DNA of 39,528 nucleotides from Terriglobales bacterium (GCA_035543035.1 DATKKH010000142.1:1-39528); one strand, 5' to 3'. Counted from the stretch's first letter, positions 18,645 to 27,268 are shown. Notes: generated by a model not told the origin, from the sequence alone. Numbers and translations: made by a program.

Positions 18645-19511
18645 ATGCAAACCAGTCCAAAGGACCTGGCTTGCACTAAAAAATCATTGAAGAGGAAAGT
18701 TTTGAGCAAAATCCTGATACTTCTTTATCATCGTCTCTTATCTAAGGAAGAGTACCTCTCAAAGATAAACTCCGAAGATAGGGTCTATCTGTCAAAAGAA
18801 GAGGATTTTGCCAGACAGTTGGAGTATTTGCATTCTGAAAAGTGGAATAGTGTCTCTGTAAATCAATTATTGGAATCTCTTAAGAACAAAACTTCTCTTC
18901 CGGAAAAAAGTCTGATAATCTCGTTTGATGATGGGAATCAGACCGATTACACCATAGCCTTTCCCCTGCTTGAAAAGTTAGGTTTCAAAGCTACATTTTT
19001 TTTGACCAGTGATTTTATCGATAAACCTGATCATCTGAGTAAATCTCAGATTCTCAAAATGAGCCAGGCAGGAATGGAGTTCGGCACGCACGGGAAAACC
19101 CACAAATTCCTGTCGACTCTGAATGAAAATGAATTGAAACTGGAGCTTTTGGAGTCGAAGAAATCGCTGGAAGAAATCACAGGCAAGAAAATCGAGCTTC
19201 TGAGCCTGCCTGGCGGTTATCATAGTTCTGAAGTGAAAAGAATGGCGCAGGAACTTGGCTATAAAGGAATCTGCACTTCTAAGTTCGGATTGAATGAAAA
19301 TAATGCTGACCCTTTTGAGTTGAAGAGAATCTCCTTACGATTTGATGACCCCTTCTCGCAGTTTATCTCTATCGTTAATCAGGATAAAAAGTTTTATCTG
19401 ACAAAGAAGCTGAGAGATAACTTCCTGAGCTTTCTCAAAGCTATTTTAGGGCCGAATAACTACTTCAAGCTCTGGAATTTTTGCCAGAGGATTTCTAACA
19501 AAAGTTCTTGA
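18645..19511 (+). CDS. polysaccharide deacetylase (NodB/CE4 domain), second copy
   Basis: NodB motifs: IISFDDGNQTD, FGTHGKTHKFL, LSLPGGYHS. Confidence 0.8.
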   Translation: MQTSPKDLACTKKSLKRKVLSKILILLYHRLLSKEEYLSKINSEDRVYLSKEEDFARQLEYLHSEKWNSVSVNQLLESLKNKTSLPEKSLIISFDDGNQTDYTIAFPLLEKLGFKATFFLTSDFIDKPDHLSKSQILKMSQAGMEFGTHGKTHKFLSTLNENELKLELLESKKSLEEITGKKIELLSLPGGYHSSEVKRMAQELGYKGICTSKFGLNENNADPFELKRISLRFDDPFSQFISIVNQDKKFYLTKKLRDNFLSFLKAILGPNNYFKLWNFCQRISNKSS

Positions 19512-19556
19512 ACCGATATTAGGTCTTTATTATTGCCTGGATAGGTGTTTTATGTT

Positions 19557-19613
19557 GTGTCAGGAGTTCCTCTCCTGACACCCTCTTTGACCGTCAGGAG
19601 CAGCTCCTGACGG
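19557..19613. terminator. two tandem 10-bp hairpins sharing the core GTCAGGAG/CTCCTGAC, between convergent genes
   Basis: GTGTCAGGAG-ttcct-CTCCTGACAC (19557-19581) and CCGTCAGGAG-cag-CTCCTGACGG (19591-19613). They lie between the end of the EPS operon (19511) and the 3' end of the TolB-like gene (19646). Weak or no U-tracts, so they may be REP-like rather than classical terminators. Confidence 0.5.
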
Positions 19614-19645
19614 AACAAAAAATTTTCCAGTTCCGAATGAAACCG

Positions 19646-20629
19646 TCACTGCAGTGGATAATTAAAGGTAAGCTGGCGCTTTTCTCCGGTTTCGATATTA
19701 ATGATCCATAGTGTGCCGTTTTTATAACTGAAATCGGTAGAACGATAGCTCAAATAAACGATCTCTTTGCTGTCTGGGCTCCAGCTAAATCCTTCATAGA
19801 CCCCTTCAGTAGTTAGTTGGCTAAATCTACTTCCATCAACATTCATCAGATAGAGTTGAATTAAACCTTTTCCATAAGTCTGCAAGAGGAAAGCGATCTT
19901 CCTGCCATCTGGCGAAACTTTTGCCTCTGCTAAGCGATTTATCCTATCAGAATAAATCTGGATTTTGGATGAGTGGTCTATCGTTTCAATCCAAAGACCT
20001 GCTGCACCGTAAAGTAACCGTTGTCCATCTGGAAACCAGTCTGGTTGGCCGCCAAAGGCAAAGTAGCTCTTGATTCCTGAGCCATCCGTAGGGGATATCC
20101 AAACGCCTACTGTGTCACCTATCGTATTGCTGTAAGCCACCAACTTTCCGTCCGGGCTCAAGCTTGGGAAGAAATTGCGTCCAGTAAACGTTAGTTGAGT
20201 CAGAGTAGTCGTGTCAAATGTGGTCCCTGTGAACCACATCTTGTAAATCTGTGCTCCAGCTTCAAAAGCAATCCACTCACCATCTGATGACCAATCCGGT
20301 TCACCCAGTCCCTGGGGCAGCACTCTCCGCATGTTCGTCCCATTTGTATTAATGAGCCAGAATCCGCTTGAATCTATATCGAACTCATACATTACATCTG
20401 TCAGACAACCTTTATCATCATAGCTCAGAATTATTTGTTTAAGTGGGGTGTAATTAAATCCTATAAATTGACCACTTGGGTGCCATACAGGACTACTGTA
20501 CGGGGAAAGTGCAACGATTTTGAGAGAAGGACAAAGTGGTTTAACGGGGTTGGATTTGTTGCATGACACTCCCAGACAAATAAGAAGTGTCACAGCTATA
20601 AATTCAAGAGTTGTTCTAAACGATCTCAT
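19646..20629 (-). CDS. TolB-like PD40 beta-propeller protein, probable lipoprotein
   Basis: Repeated W.P(D/S)G motifs (WHPSG, WSSDGEW, SPDGK, FPDGQ, SPDGRK, WSPDSK). I prefer the ATG at 20629, giving MRSFRTTLEFIAVTLLICLGVSC, a signal peptide with a lipobox-like Cys. Confidence 0.75.
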   Translation of the reverse strand: MRSFRTTLEFIAVTLLICLGVSCNKSNPVKPLCPSLKIVALSPYSSPVWHPSGQFIGFNYTPLKQIILSYDDKGCLTDVMYEFDIDSSGFWLINTNGTNMRRVLPQGLGEPDWSSDGEWIAFEAGAQIYKMWFTGTTFDTTTLTQLTFTGRNFFPSLSPDGKLVAYSNTIGDTVGVWISPTDGSGIKSYFAFGGQPDWFPDGQRLLYGAAGLWIETIDHSSKIQIYSDRINRLAEAKVSPDGRKIAFLLQTYGKGLIQLYLMNVDGSRFSQLTTEGVYEGFSWSPDSKEIVYLSYRSTDFSYKNGTLWIINIETGEKRQLTFNYPLQ

Positions 20630-20897
20630 GGTTGCCAATCACCGTAGAATTAAGAGGCGTTTGCTGTTCAGGGGCAAATCCCCTACTTTTTTGCTTGAGA
20701 CAGGCCCATGACGTTTTCAAAGGGCTTTCGTCAAAATAAATCAGAATGAATGAGCATCTGCATCATAAATGCATACGCAGATTTATTTCCTCCTTCTTCA
20801 ATCTTGGTTGGTCTTATTGCCTCCATTATCAAAATAAATCCATTCCTTTAAAAATCAAGGGCTTTTTGAAAAAATCTTAAATTCCTGTTAATTTTCC

Positions 20898-20925
20898 TTG
20901 ACAAACCTTCGATTATTTTTATTAT
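20898..20925 (+). promoter_or_regulatory. sigma-70-like promoter candidate for the 144-aa secreted protein gene
   Basis: TTGACA (20898-20903), 16-nt spacer, TATTAT (20920-20925), 21 nt upstream of the ATG at 20947. Confidence 0.4.
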
Positions 20926-20946
20926 AGACAGAGATTAAGGACTTTT

Positions 20947-21381
20947 ATGAGAGGGGTAATGAAGAACTTGACAAGAAGCGGGATAGGCTGGTTTGTGATT
21001 TTTGCTTTTGTCGTGGGAATCGGTGCCCTGGTCCAGTCTGCGAATCTTCCCTGCCAGCCCTGGGGCAAGGTTTATTATAAGGGAAAACTGGTGCCGGATG
21101 GCTGTAAAGTTTCGGCTTACATCCAGGGCGTCAAGTATGCCGAGACCGAAGTAAAAGGAGGAGCTTATTCACTATCGATACCGGCAGATGACCCGACTAC
21201 CTCCGTAAAAGAAGGGTGGGAAGACCAGGAATTCGCATCCTTGAAGGTCGAGGGTTATTCCGGAGCCACGACTTTCCAGATTTTGTCAAACAAGTTGATG
21301 CCTCAAGTCGATATAAATTTGACTACTATGGGAGTGCTTAACCTCACTACCTGGGGAAAGATCAAGGCGCTCTTTAAATGA
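20947..21381 (+). CDS. small secreted protein, CarboxypepD_reg-like beta-sandwich, unknown function
   Basis: N-terminal signal/anchor (IGWFVIFAFVVGIGALVQSA). GKVYYKGKLVPDGCKVSAYI...GGAYSLSI resembles a carboxypeptidase-regulatory-like fold. AAGGA lies 5 nt upstream of the ATG. Confidence 0.55.
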   Translation: MRGVMKNLTRSGIGWFVIFAFVVGIGALVQSANLPCQPWGKVYYKGKLVPDGCKVSAYIQGVKYAETEVKGGAYSLSIPADDPTTSVKEGWEDQEFASLKVEGYSGATTFQILSNKLMPQVDINLTTMGVLNLTTWGKIKALFK

Positions 21382-21435
21382 ACCTGGCTCGAAACTCCGG
21401 TTCCGGTTCTGCGTAAAAAAATTTAGGAGGAGAAG

Positions 21436-21774
21436 ATGAAATTGACCACGCGTGAAGATAAAGGAATAGTGATTCTGGAGCCCAAAGGAAAAATCATGGG
21501 AGGCCCGGATGCAACCCTCTTGCACGACAAGCTCCATGAGCTGATAACTCAGGGAAAAAAGAAGGTTGTGATCGACCTGGCTAAAGTGGATTGGATGAAC
21601 AGCACCGGCCTGGGAATATTGATCTCCGGACTGACCACCATGCGGAATAACGGCGGAGAGCTGAAACTGGCTAACGTAACCGAAAAAATCCAGAGCCTTT
21701 TGACTATCACCAAGCTCATAACCGTGTTTGAGACCTTTGATTCAGTTGATCAGGCAGTGGCAAGCTTCAAATAA
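21436..21774 (+). CDS. STAS-domain anti-sigma-factor antagonist (SpoIIAA/RsbV-like)
   Basis: 112 aa. Contains ...VIDLAKVDWMNSTGLGILI... with the phosphorylatable Ser in the DSSGLG-type motif. Strong SD (AGGAGG). Confidence 0.85.
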   Translation: MKLTTREDKGIVILEPKGKIMGGPDATLLHDKLHELITQGKKKVVIDLAKVDWMNSTGLGILISGLTTMRNNGGELKLANVTEKIQSLLTITKLITVFETFDSVDQAVASFK

Positions 21775-21813
21775 ACTCGCTTTTATCCTGGAAATACTTT
21801 TGTGAAGATCCAA

Positions 21814-21841
21814 AGGTAGGTCGATCAACCTACCTTTTTTA
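21814..21841 (+). terminator. intrinsic terminator between the STAS gene and the kinase gene
   Basis: AGGTAGGT-cgatca-ACCTACCT (8-bp perfect stem) followed by TTTTTTATTT. It sits 40 nt after the STAS stop and 10 nt before the next ATG. Confidence 0.65.
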
Positions 21842-21850
21842 TTTAAGAAA

Positions 21851-22285
21851 ATGAAAAAGGTAATCCGCAAAAACAACCAGATAATAATCCCCAGCTCCCA
21901 GATCTATCTGGCTAGGGTGGATAGTTTCGTCGAGGGCAAGTTAAAAAAGCTGAAACTGGACAAAAACCAGCTGGCCGATCTGGCGATCTCGGTGACCGAG
22001 GCGGTCAATAATGCGATAGTGCACGGAAATAAAAAAGACCCGGAGAAAAAAGTCACGCTCCGGCTGATCTGCGAAAAATCCTGTATCTGCATAGAGGTCG
22101 AGGACGAGGGAAAGGGATTCGATCTCAACTCCCTCCCCTGTCCCATAACCGAGGAAAACCTGCTCAAAGAAGTCGGAAGGGGGATTTTCATCGTCCGGTC
22201 TCTGATGGATAAAGTCGATTTCATCTTCAAGCCTGATGGCGGTACCATAGTTCGTCTTACCAAATATCTGAAGAACAAGGAATAA
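21851..22285 (+). CDS. anti-sigma regulatory factor Ser/Thr kinase (SpoIIAB/RsbW-like, HATPase_c)
   Basis: N-box EAVNNAIVHG, G1 EDEGKGF, G2 VGRGIFIV. 144 aa. Confidence 0.85.
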   Translation: MKKVIRKNNQIIIPSSQIYLARVDSFVEGKLKKLKLDKNQLADLAISVTEAVNNAIVHGNKKDPEKKVTLRLICEKSCICIEVEDEGKGFDLNSLPCPITEENLLKEVGRGIFIVRSLMDKVDFIFKPDGGTIVRLTKYLKNKE

Positions 22286-22286
22286 G

Positions 22287-24512
22287 ATGAATCTTCTGAC
22301 TCTGGTAGCTTCGGTCTACCTGGTCTGCGGCATAGTCCTCTTTTTTCTGGGGGTTACCATCCTTTCGGAGGATTACCGGGGAAGGCTGAACCGGATAACC
22401 AGCCTGATGCTTTTCTTTGCCGGATCAGGTCCTGTTTTTGCCGCCTTTGGAACCATTCTTAAAGCCGGAGGCCTGGCTTCTACGACTTCGGTTTTCTATA
22501 CCAATATCTTTTTTCTGTGGGAGCTTTTTTTCCCCCAGCTTCTGCTTTTCTCTCTGGTTTTCCCGGTTGAAAATCCATTTTTGAAAAAACGTCCCCGGGT
22601 TAAGATCCTGATTTTCACGCCTCACCTCTTTCGAATCCTTCTGGTTCTGTTTCTGTACCAGCCGCGCAATCTGATTAATTTCTCTTCTCTGGAAAATTTG
22701 TCCGGACCCTTGAGCGTGCTCCTTAATCCGGTAATCTATGTCCTTAAGTTCTTATCTCTGACCATCGAGATAATCTACAGATTTCATCTGCAGTTTTTCT
22801 CGGTCATAAACCTGACTTACCTTTTTCTGGCTGTCTTTTTTCTTTACCGGGGAACCCGAAACCTTGCCCAGAGCCGTCTGAAAAAACAGGCCCAGTTAGT
22901 TGCCTGGGGGATCAGGTCTTCCACCGGGCTTTATGCGTTTGCTTTTATCCTGCCGGTCCTGACCAATCTGAGGATTCCCGACACGCTCAGGTATGCGCTG
23001 ACCATCTCAGCCCTCCTGATCGGGGCTGGCTCAATTGCCTGGGCAATAATCCGCTACCGATTTCTGGATATCAGGACCTTAGTCAGACAGAGTTTAGTCT
23101 ATTCTCTGACCTCTGCTCTTCTCTTAGGAATCTATTTTCTTTTGATTACTCAGCTGAGTAATCTAATGCAGACCCTTTTAGGCCGCAGGGTCCCGATTTT
23201 GGAGATAGGGTACCTGATACTGGCGATACTTTTATTCCAGCCGATAATGGGCTGGATAGATGAGTTAGTGAAAAGATTGCTCCTTAGGGACCGGGCTGAC
23301 TTCAGAATGATGATGGAGATGTTCAGCCGCAAGATTATCTCGATTTTGAATCTGGATGAACTTAACCGCACGATTTTTGACTCCCTGAAAAAAGAGATGT
23401 TGGTGGAGGAGGTTTACCTGTGCCTGTGCGATACCAAGAATAAGAGATTTTCACTTTTATCCGAGGAAAAAAACCTTTTCTTCCCGGAAGATGACCGTTT
23501 GATCGAACATCTCAAATCACGGGAACGGCCCTTTTTCCTGGATGAAGTTGAGCCTGAAATAAAGACTCCTCTTTTGCAAACCCTTTCCGATTCAGAAGTT
23601 TTTCTGATGGTGCCGATCTACAGCTCCGAGGAGTTCATCGGCTTTTTCGGCTTAACCAAAAAAATCATCGGTTTAAAATACACTTATGAAGATCTGACCC
23701 TTTTAAAAGTTCTGGCTAACCAGTTCGTGATAGCTTATAGAAACGCCCGTCTGTATCAGGAATCTCTGGAAAAACAGAGAATTGAGGAGGAGCTTTTGGT
23801 TGCCAAAAAGATCCAGCTCGGTCTTTTGCCCAAGGCTTTTCCAAAAGGAAAGGCTTTTGAGCTTTCTGCTTTTACCCAGCCTGCATACCAGGTCGGTGGC
23901 GATTATTATGATTTCCTGGAGAGGTCGGATGGTTCCTTAGGTGTTGCCATAGCTGATGCCTCGGGCAAAGGTGTGCCTGCTGCCCTGATGGTTTCCCTTC
24001 TGCATGCATCTTTAAGAGCAATGATGAAAAATAAATTCGAGCCTTCTGAAACTATGTCCAACATCAATCAGCTCATCTCCTCCTCAGTCTCTGAGGGAAG
24101 GTTTGCCACTATGTTCTACGGAGAGTTCAATCCTCTGACCAGAAAGCTTTCCTACTGTAATGCCGGGCATAACTACCCCATCGTCATCCGCAGAGACCAG
24201 AAAGTGGAGTTCCTGAAGGCCGGGGGACTGATCTTGGGAGCATTTCCAGAGGCGAGCTATCAGATGGAGCAGATTGAATTCGAGCCTGAGGACCTGGTCT
24301 TTCTTTATTCGGATGGGCTGACTGAGAATTTCAACGAAAAACAGGAGATGTTCGGCGAAGACCGACTTTTGGAGCTTCTTTTGGAAAACCGGAGACTTTC
24401 CACCGAGGAACTAAAGGAGCTAATAGTCAAGCAGGTCGAAAATTTTGCACACGGGATTTCTCTGTATGATGATTTCACGATAGTGATATTAAAGGTTCTA
24501 AATGGGTTATGA
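22287..24512 (+). CDS. membrane-bound GAF-domain PP2C phosphatase (SpoIIE/RsbU family)
   Basis: About 300 aa of multi-pass membrane N-domain and a central GAF-like region. PP2C motifs: PAYQVGGDYYDF, IADASGKGVPAALM, LYSDGLTE, DDFTIVILK. Confidence 0.85.
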   Translation: MNLLTLVASVYLVCGIVLFFLGVTILSEDYRGRLNRITSLMLFFAGSGPVFAAFGTILKAGGLASTTSVFYTNIFFLWELFFPQLLLFSLVFPVENPFLKKRPRVKILIFTPHLFRILLVLFLYQPRNLINFSSLENLSGPLSVLLNPVIYVLKFLSLTIEIIYRFHLQFFSVINLTYLFLAVFFLYRGTRNLAQSRLKKQAQLVAWGIRSSTGLYAFAFILPVLTNLRIPDTLRYALTISALLIGAGSIAWAIIRYRFLDIRTLVRQSLVYSLTSALLLGIYFLLITQLSNLMQTLLGRRVPILEIGYLILAILLFQPIMGWIDELVKRLLLRDRADFRMMMEMFSRKIISILNLDELNRTIFDSLKKEMLVEEVYLCLCDTKNKRFSLLSEEKNLFFPEDDRLIEHLKSRERPFFLDEVEPEIKTPLLQTLSDSEVFLMVPIYSSEEFIGFFGLTKKIIGLKYTYEDLTLLKVLANQFVIAYRNARLYQESLEKQRIEEELLVAKKIQLGLLPKAFPKGKAFELSAFTQPAYQVGGDYYDFLERSDGSLGVAIADASGKGVPAALMVSLLHASLRAMMKNKFEPSETMSNINQLISSSVSEGRFATMFYGEFNPLTRKLSYCNAGHNYPIVIRRDQKVEFLKAGGLILGAFPEASYQMEQIEFEPEDLVFLYSDGLTENFNEKQEMFGEDRLLELLLENRRLSTEELKELIVKQVENFAHGISLYDDFTIVILKVLNGL

Positions 24513-25183
24513 AAAAATCATCAAAAGATACCTTAACCATCAACAAACCAAAATCCCGCAGAAGCTGGTCAATTTCTCCTGTCACCCGTGTCAAGGAAAG
24601 CGGAAAGGTTTATAGGAGGAAAGGGAAGTTTCCTTCAAAGTCAAAAGAACAGGAAGATGACCTTTACTTCAAGTATCTGAGAAAAGAAGAGGATTACCGG
24701 TATTGCCCTCGTTGTAGTGCGGAGTTAATCAAAAAAAGAGTTGACCATAACCTGAGAAAAGTCTGCGCGGTATGCGGCTTTGTGTTATACCGTAATCCCG
24801 CACCTGCGGCTGGGGTCATCATCGAAAAAGAAGGGCAAATCGTTCTGGTCAGAAGAAAATATAATCCCTATGAAGGGTACTGGTGCCTGCCAGCAGGATT
24901 TATCGAATATGGGGAATCTCCGGAACATTGCGCAGTAAGAGAGGTAAAAGAAGAGACAAATTTAGAGATAAAGCTGACCACCCTTTTCAGAGTTTATTCG
25001 GGTTCGGATGACCCGCGTGTCCGTGCAGTCCTTGTAGTTTATCTGGGAGAAATCTTAAGCGGAGAGCCTTCACCCGGAGATGACGCCTCCGAAGTAAAGT
25101 TTTTTCCGATCGACAAGATACCTCAAAATATCGCCTTCCAGTCCCACCGCCAGGCATTGAAAGATTATTTCACCACATCATGA
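24509..25183 (+). CDS. Nudix hydrolase with N-terminal zinc ribbon
   Basis: CPRCSAEL...CAVCGF zinc ribbon. Nudix box GFIEYGESPEHCAVREVKEETNL. ATGA start/stop overlap with the PP2C gene. Confidence 0.85.
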   Translation: MKKSSKDTLTINKPKSRRSWSISPVTRVKESGKVYRRKGKFPSKSKEQEDDLYFKYLRKEEDYRYCPRCSAELIKKRVDHNLRKVCAVCGFVLYRNPAPAAGVIIEKEGQIVLVRRKYNPYEGYWCLPAGFIEYGESPEHCAVREVKEETNLEIKLTTLFRVYSGSDDPRVRAVLVVYLGEILSGEPSPGDDASEVKFFPIDKIPQNIAFQSHRQALKDYFTTS

Positions 25184-25190
25184 CTGCGTA

Positions 25191-25364
25191 GGGGCGGAGT
25201 TTAGCTCCGCCCCAAGCTTTGGGATGTAGTTGCTCGATTTATCGAGCTGTAGCGTCCTCACTCCAGTCCTACGGATCCGTTCTAGGATGAGGACGGCAAT
25301 ACTTCCCCTTTTCGATGGGAGGGGATAATGGGGAGGGTGAATTGATGTCAACGACCCTTCTCCC
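25191..25364. repeat. tandem cluster of GC-rich hairpin (REP-like) elements downstream of the Nudix gene
   Basis: GGGGCGGAG-n-CTCCGCCCC (25191-25213). GCTCGATTTATCGAGC (25232-25247). CGTCCTCA...TGAGGACG with inner TCCTA-CGGATCCG-...TAGGA (25253-25295). A two-hairpin module ...TCGATGGGAGGGG..GGGGAGGGTGAATT...ACCCTTCTCCC (25305-25364) recurs at the window end. Confidence 0.65.
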
Positions 25365-25561
25365 ACAAGCCGATAAAACATTACGGCTCGTAGAGGGGAG
25401 TAGGGATATTTTACCATTTCAAGAAAGAGGCAACACTACAGCCTTTTTCTCTCTTTTCTACACTTTTTTTCCATCCATTCTACCCTTATAAAAAAAACCA
25501 ATTTGCCGATAAGAAGAAATGAATCTTTATTCCTTGAACTTTTCTTTGGTGGAGGAGCGGA

Positions 25562-27268
25562 ATGGATAATTCAGGGGTCAACAAAAAGGACAAAACTGCC
25601 TTAGAGGAGATGGAAAACCTCTTTCAGAAAGTCCAGACTGCACACCCCCGTTTACAAAATAACACTTCTGGAAAATTTAAAAATGACGATTTGGAAGCCC
25701 TCCTGGAGGTCAGCCAGGCTATCAATTCCTCCCTGGTTCTGGATGATATCCTGCAGACCGTGATGAAAAAAGCAGTTTCTCTTTTGAGAGCGGAAAGAGG
25801 ATTCCTGATGCTATTGGATGACAAAGGAGAGCTGCAGTTCAAGACCGCCCATAATATCACCAAGGAATCTTTGAACAAAGAAGATTTCAGGATCAGCATG
25901 TCGATTGCCAACAAGGTGGCAACCACCGGTGAATCGATCTACACCAGCGATGCTTTGAAAGACGAGAGGTTTTCCAAACAGAAAAGCATCCTGGAGCTCA
26001 AGCTGAAATCGATAATGTGCGTTCCCCTGAAAAGCAAGGAGAAGATCGTCGGAATACTGTATCTGGACAACTCCTCCAAGAACAACGTGTTCCTGCAGAG
26101 CGACCTCTATGTATTCGAGCTTTTTGCCGGGCAGGCGGCCATTGCTATCGAGAATGCCAAATTATATGAGAACCTTTTAGCCCTGAAAATATATAACGAG
26201 AATGTGGTGAGCCGCACCCCGATTGGTCTTTTGGTGGTTGACAATAACCTCTGGATAACCATAGCCAACCAGGCTTCAAGGGAGATCTTCAAAAAAGCCG
26301 GGTGGAGAGAGGACCTTTCGGACCTTTCCTTCAACCAGGTCTCTTTTCTGGATTTGATGCCGGAAGAAGAGAAGAACAAATGGAAAAAAATCTGTTACCA
26401 GGTGCTTTATACTGGTCAGCCCTATGAGGAGGCAAAATCCTTCCATAAGTTCAAAGATGAAGAATTAGTCTTATCGGTTAAGGTTAGCCCCCTGGAGAAC
26501 GTGGAAAACAGAATAATGGGCTTGATCCTGGTAGTGGAGGATATCACCGACAAGGTACTTATGGAGAAAAGGCTGATCCAATCCGAGAAGCTGGTTGCAG
26601 CCGGGGAGATGTCTGCTTCCATCGGGCACGAGTTGAATAACTATCTTACCATTATTTTGAATAATGCCGAACTTTTGCCTTTACATTTGAAAAAAGGAGA
26701 GCTCGAAAAAGTTTCCTCCAATGCCAGGGCTATCTTGGAAAGCGTCAATACCATGAAGCGTTTCACCGACGGGCTTATGGATTTTTCCAAGCTGGAGACC
26801 AAAGTCGAAAAATATGACCTTAAAAACCTGGTCGAGGACCTGCTCTTCTCCTTAAGACCTCAGGCAAATTATTCCCAGATAAAGTTCAACACCGATTTTG
26901 ATCCGGAGTTACCCCCACTGGAATTGGATGTCGGTCAGATTCAGCAGGTTTTCCTGAACCTGCTGAATAACGCAGCCGAATCCATAAAGGATAAAACCGA
27001 GGGAAAAGGGGAGATCTCTATTTCCTGCCAGTACCAGCCTGAGGAGAAAAAAATCCAGGTGAAGATTCAGGATAACGGCACCGGGATTTCTCCGGAGAAC
27101 TTAGACAAGATCTTTGAGCCGCATTTTACCACCAAAAAGGAAGGCCACGGCCTGGGACTGGTGACCTGCCAGAAAATCATAAGAAACCATAAAGGGGAAA
27201 TAAAAGTGGAAAGTGAGTTGGGTAAAGGGACCTCCTTCCTGCTAAGTTTCCCTTTAAGTAATTCCTGA
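25562..27268 (+). CDS. cytoplasmic GAF-PAS sensor histidine kinase
   Basis: GAF region (aa about 45-200), PAS region, H-box SASIGHELNNYLT, N-box LLNLLNNAAESI, G1 QDNGTGI, G2 GHGLGL. SD is GGAGG. No response regulator gene is adjacent. Confidence 0.85.
   Translation: MDNSGVNKKDKTALEEMENLFQKVQTAHPRLQNNTSGKFKNDDLEALLEVSQAINSSLVLDDILQTVMKKAVSLLRAERGFLMLLDDKGELQFKTAHNITKESLNKEDFRISMSIANKVATTGESIYTSDALKDERFSKQKSILELKLKSIMCVPLKSKEKIVGILYLDNSSKNNVFLQSDLYVFELFAGQAAIAIENAKLYENLLALKIYNENVVSRTPIGLLVVDNNLWITIANQASREIFKKAGWREDLSDLSFNQVSFLDLMPEEEKNKWKKICYQVLYTGQPYEEAKSFHKFKDEELVLSVKVSPLENVENRIMGLILVVEDITDKVLMEKRLIQSEKLVAAGEMSASIGHELNNYLTIILNNAELLPLHLKKGELEKVSSNARAILESVNTMKRFTDGLMDFSKLETKVEKYDLKNLVEDLLFSLRPQANYSQIKFNTDFDPELPPLELDVGQIQQVFLNLLNNAAESIKDKTEGKGEISISCQYQPEEKKIQVKIQDNGTGISPENLDKIFEPHFTTKKEGHGLGLVTCQKIIRNHKGEIKVESELGKGTSFLLSFPLSNS

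Noticed and set aside
20700-20800. AAGGAGGAA SD-like sequence and ATCTGC/GCAGAT hairpin on the minus strand in the TolB-like upstream region, suggesting a micro-ORF or leader peptide.
   Set aside because: Only 3-11-codon ORFs follow, at poor spacing, and there is no terminator or conservation evidence. This is more likely part of the divergent promoter region.
25178-25417. 79-aa minus-strand ORF downstream of the Nudix gene, and the 69-aa plus-strand ORF at 33627-33836.
   Set aside because: Both are read-throughs of GC-rich hairpin repeats (giving Pro/Gly/Arg-rich strings), or are antisense to the well-supported precursor gene. Neither has an RBS.
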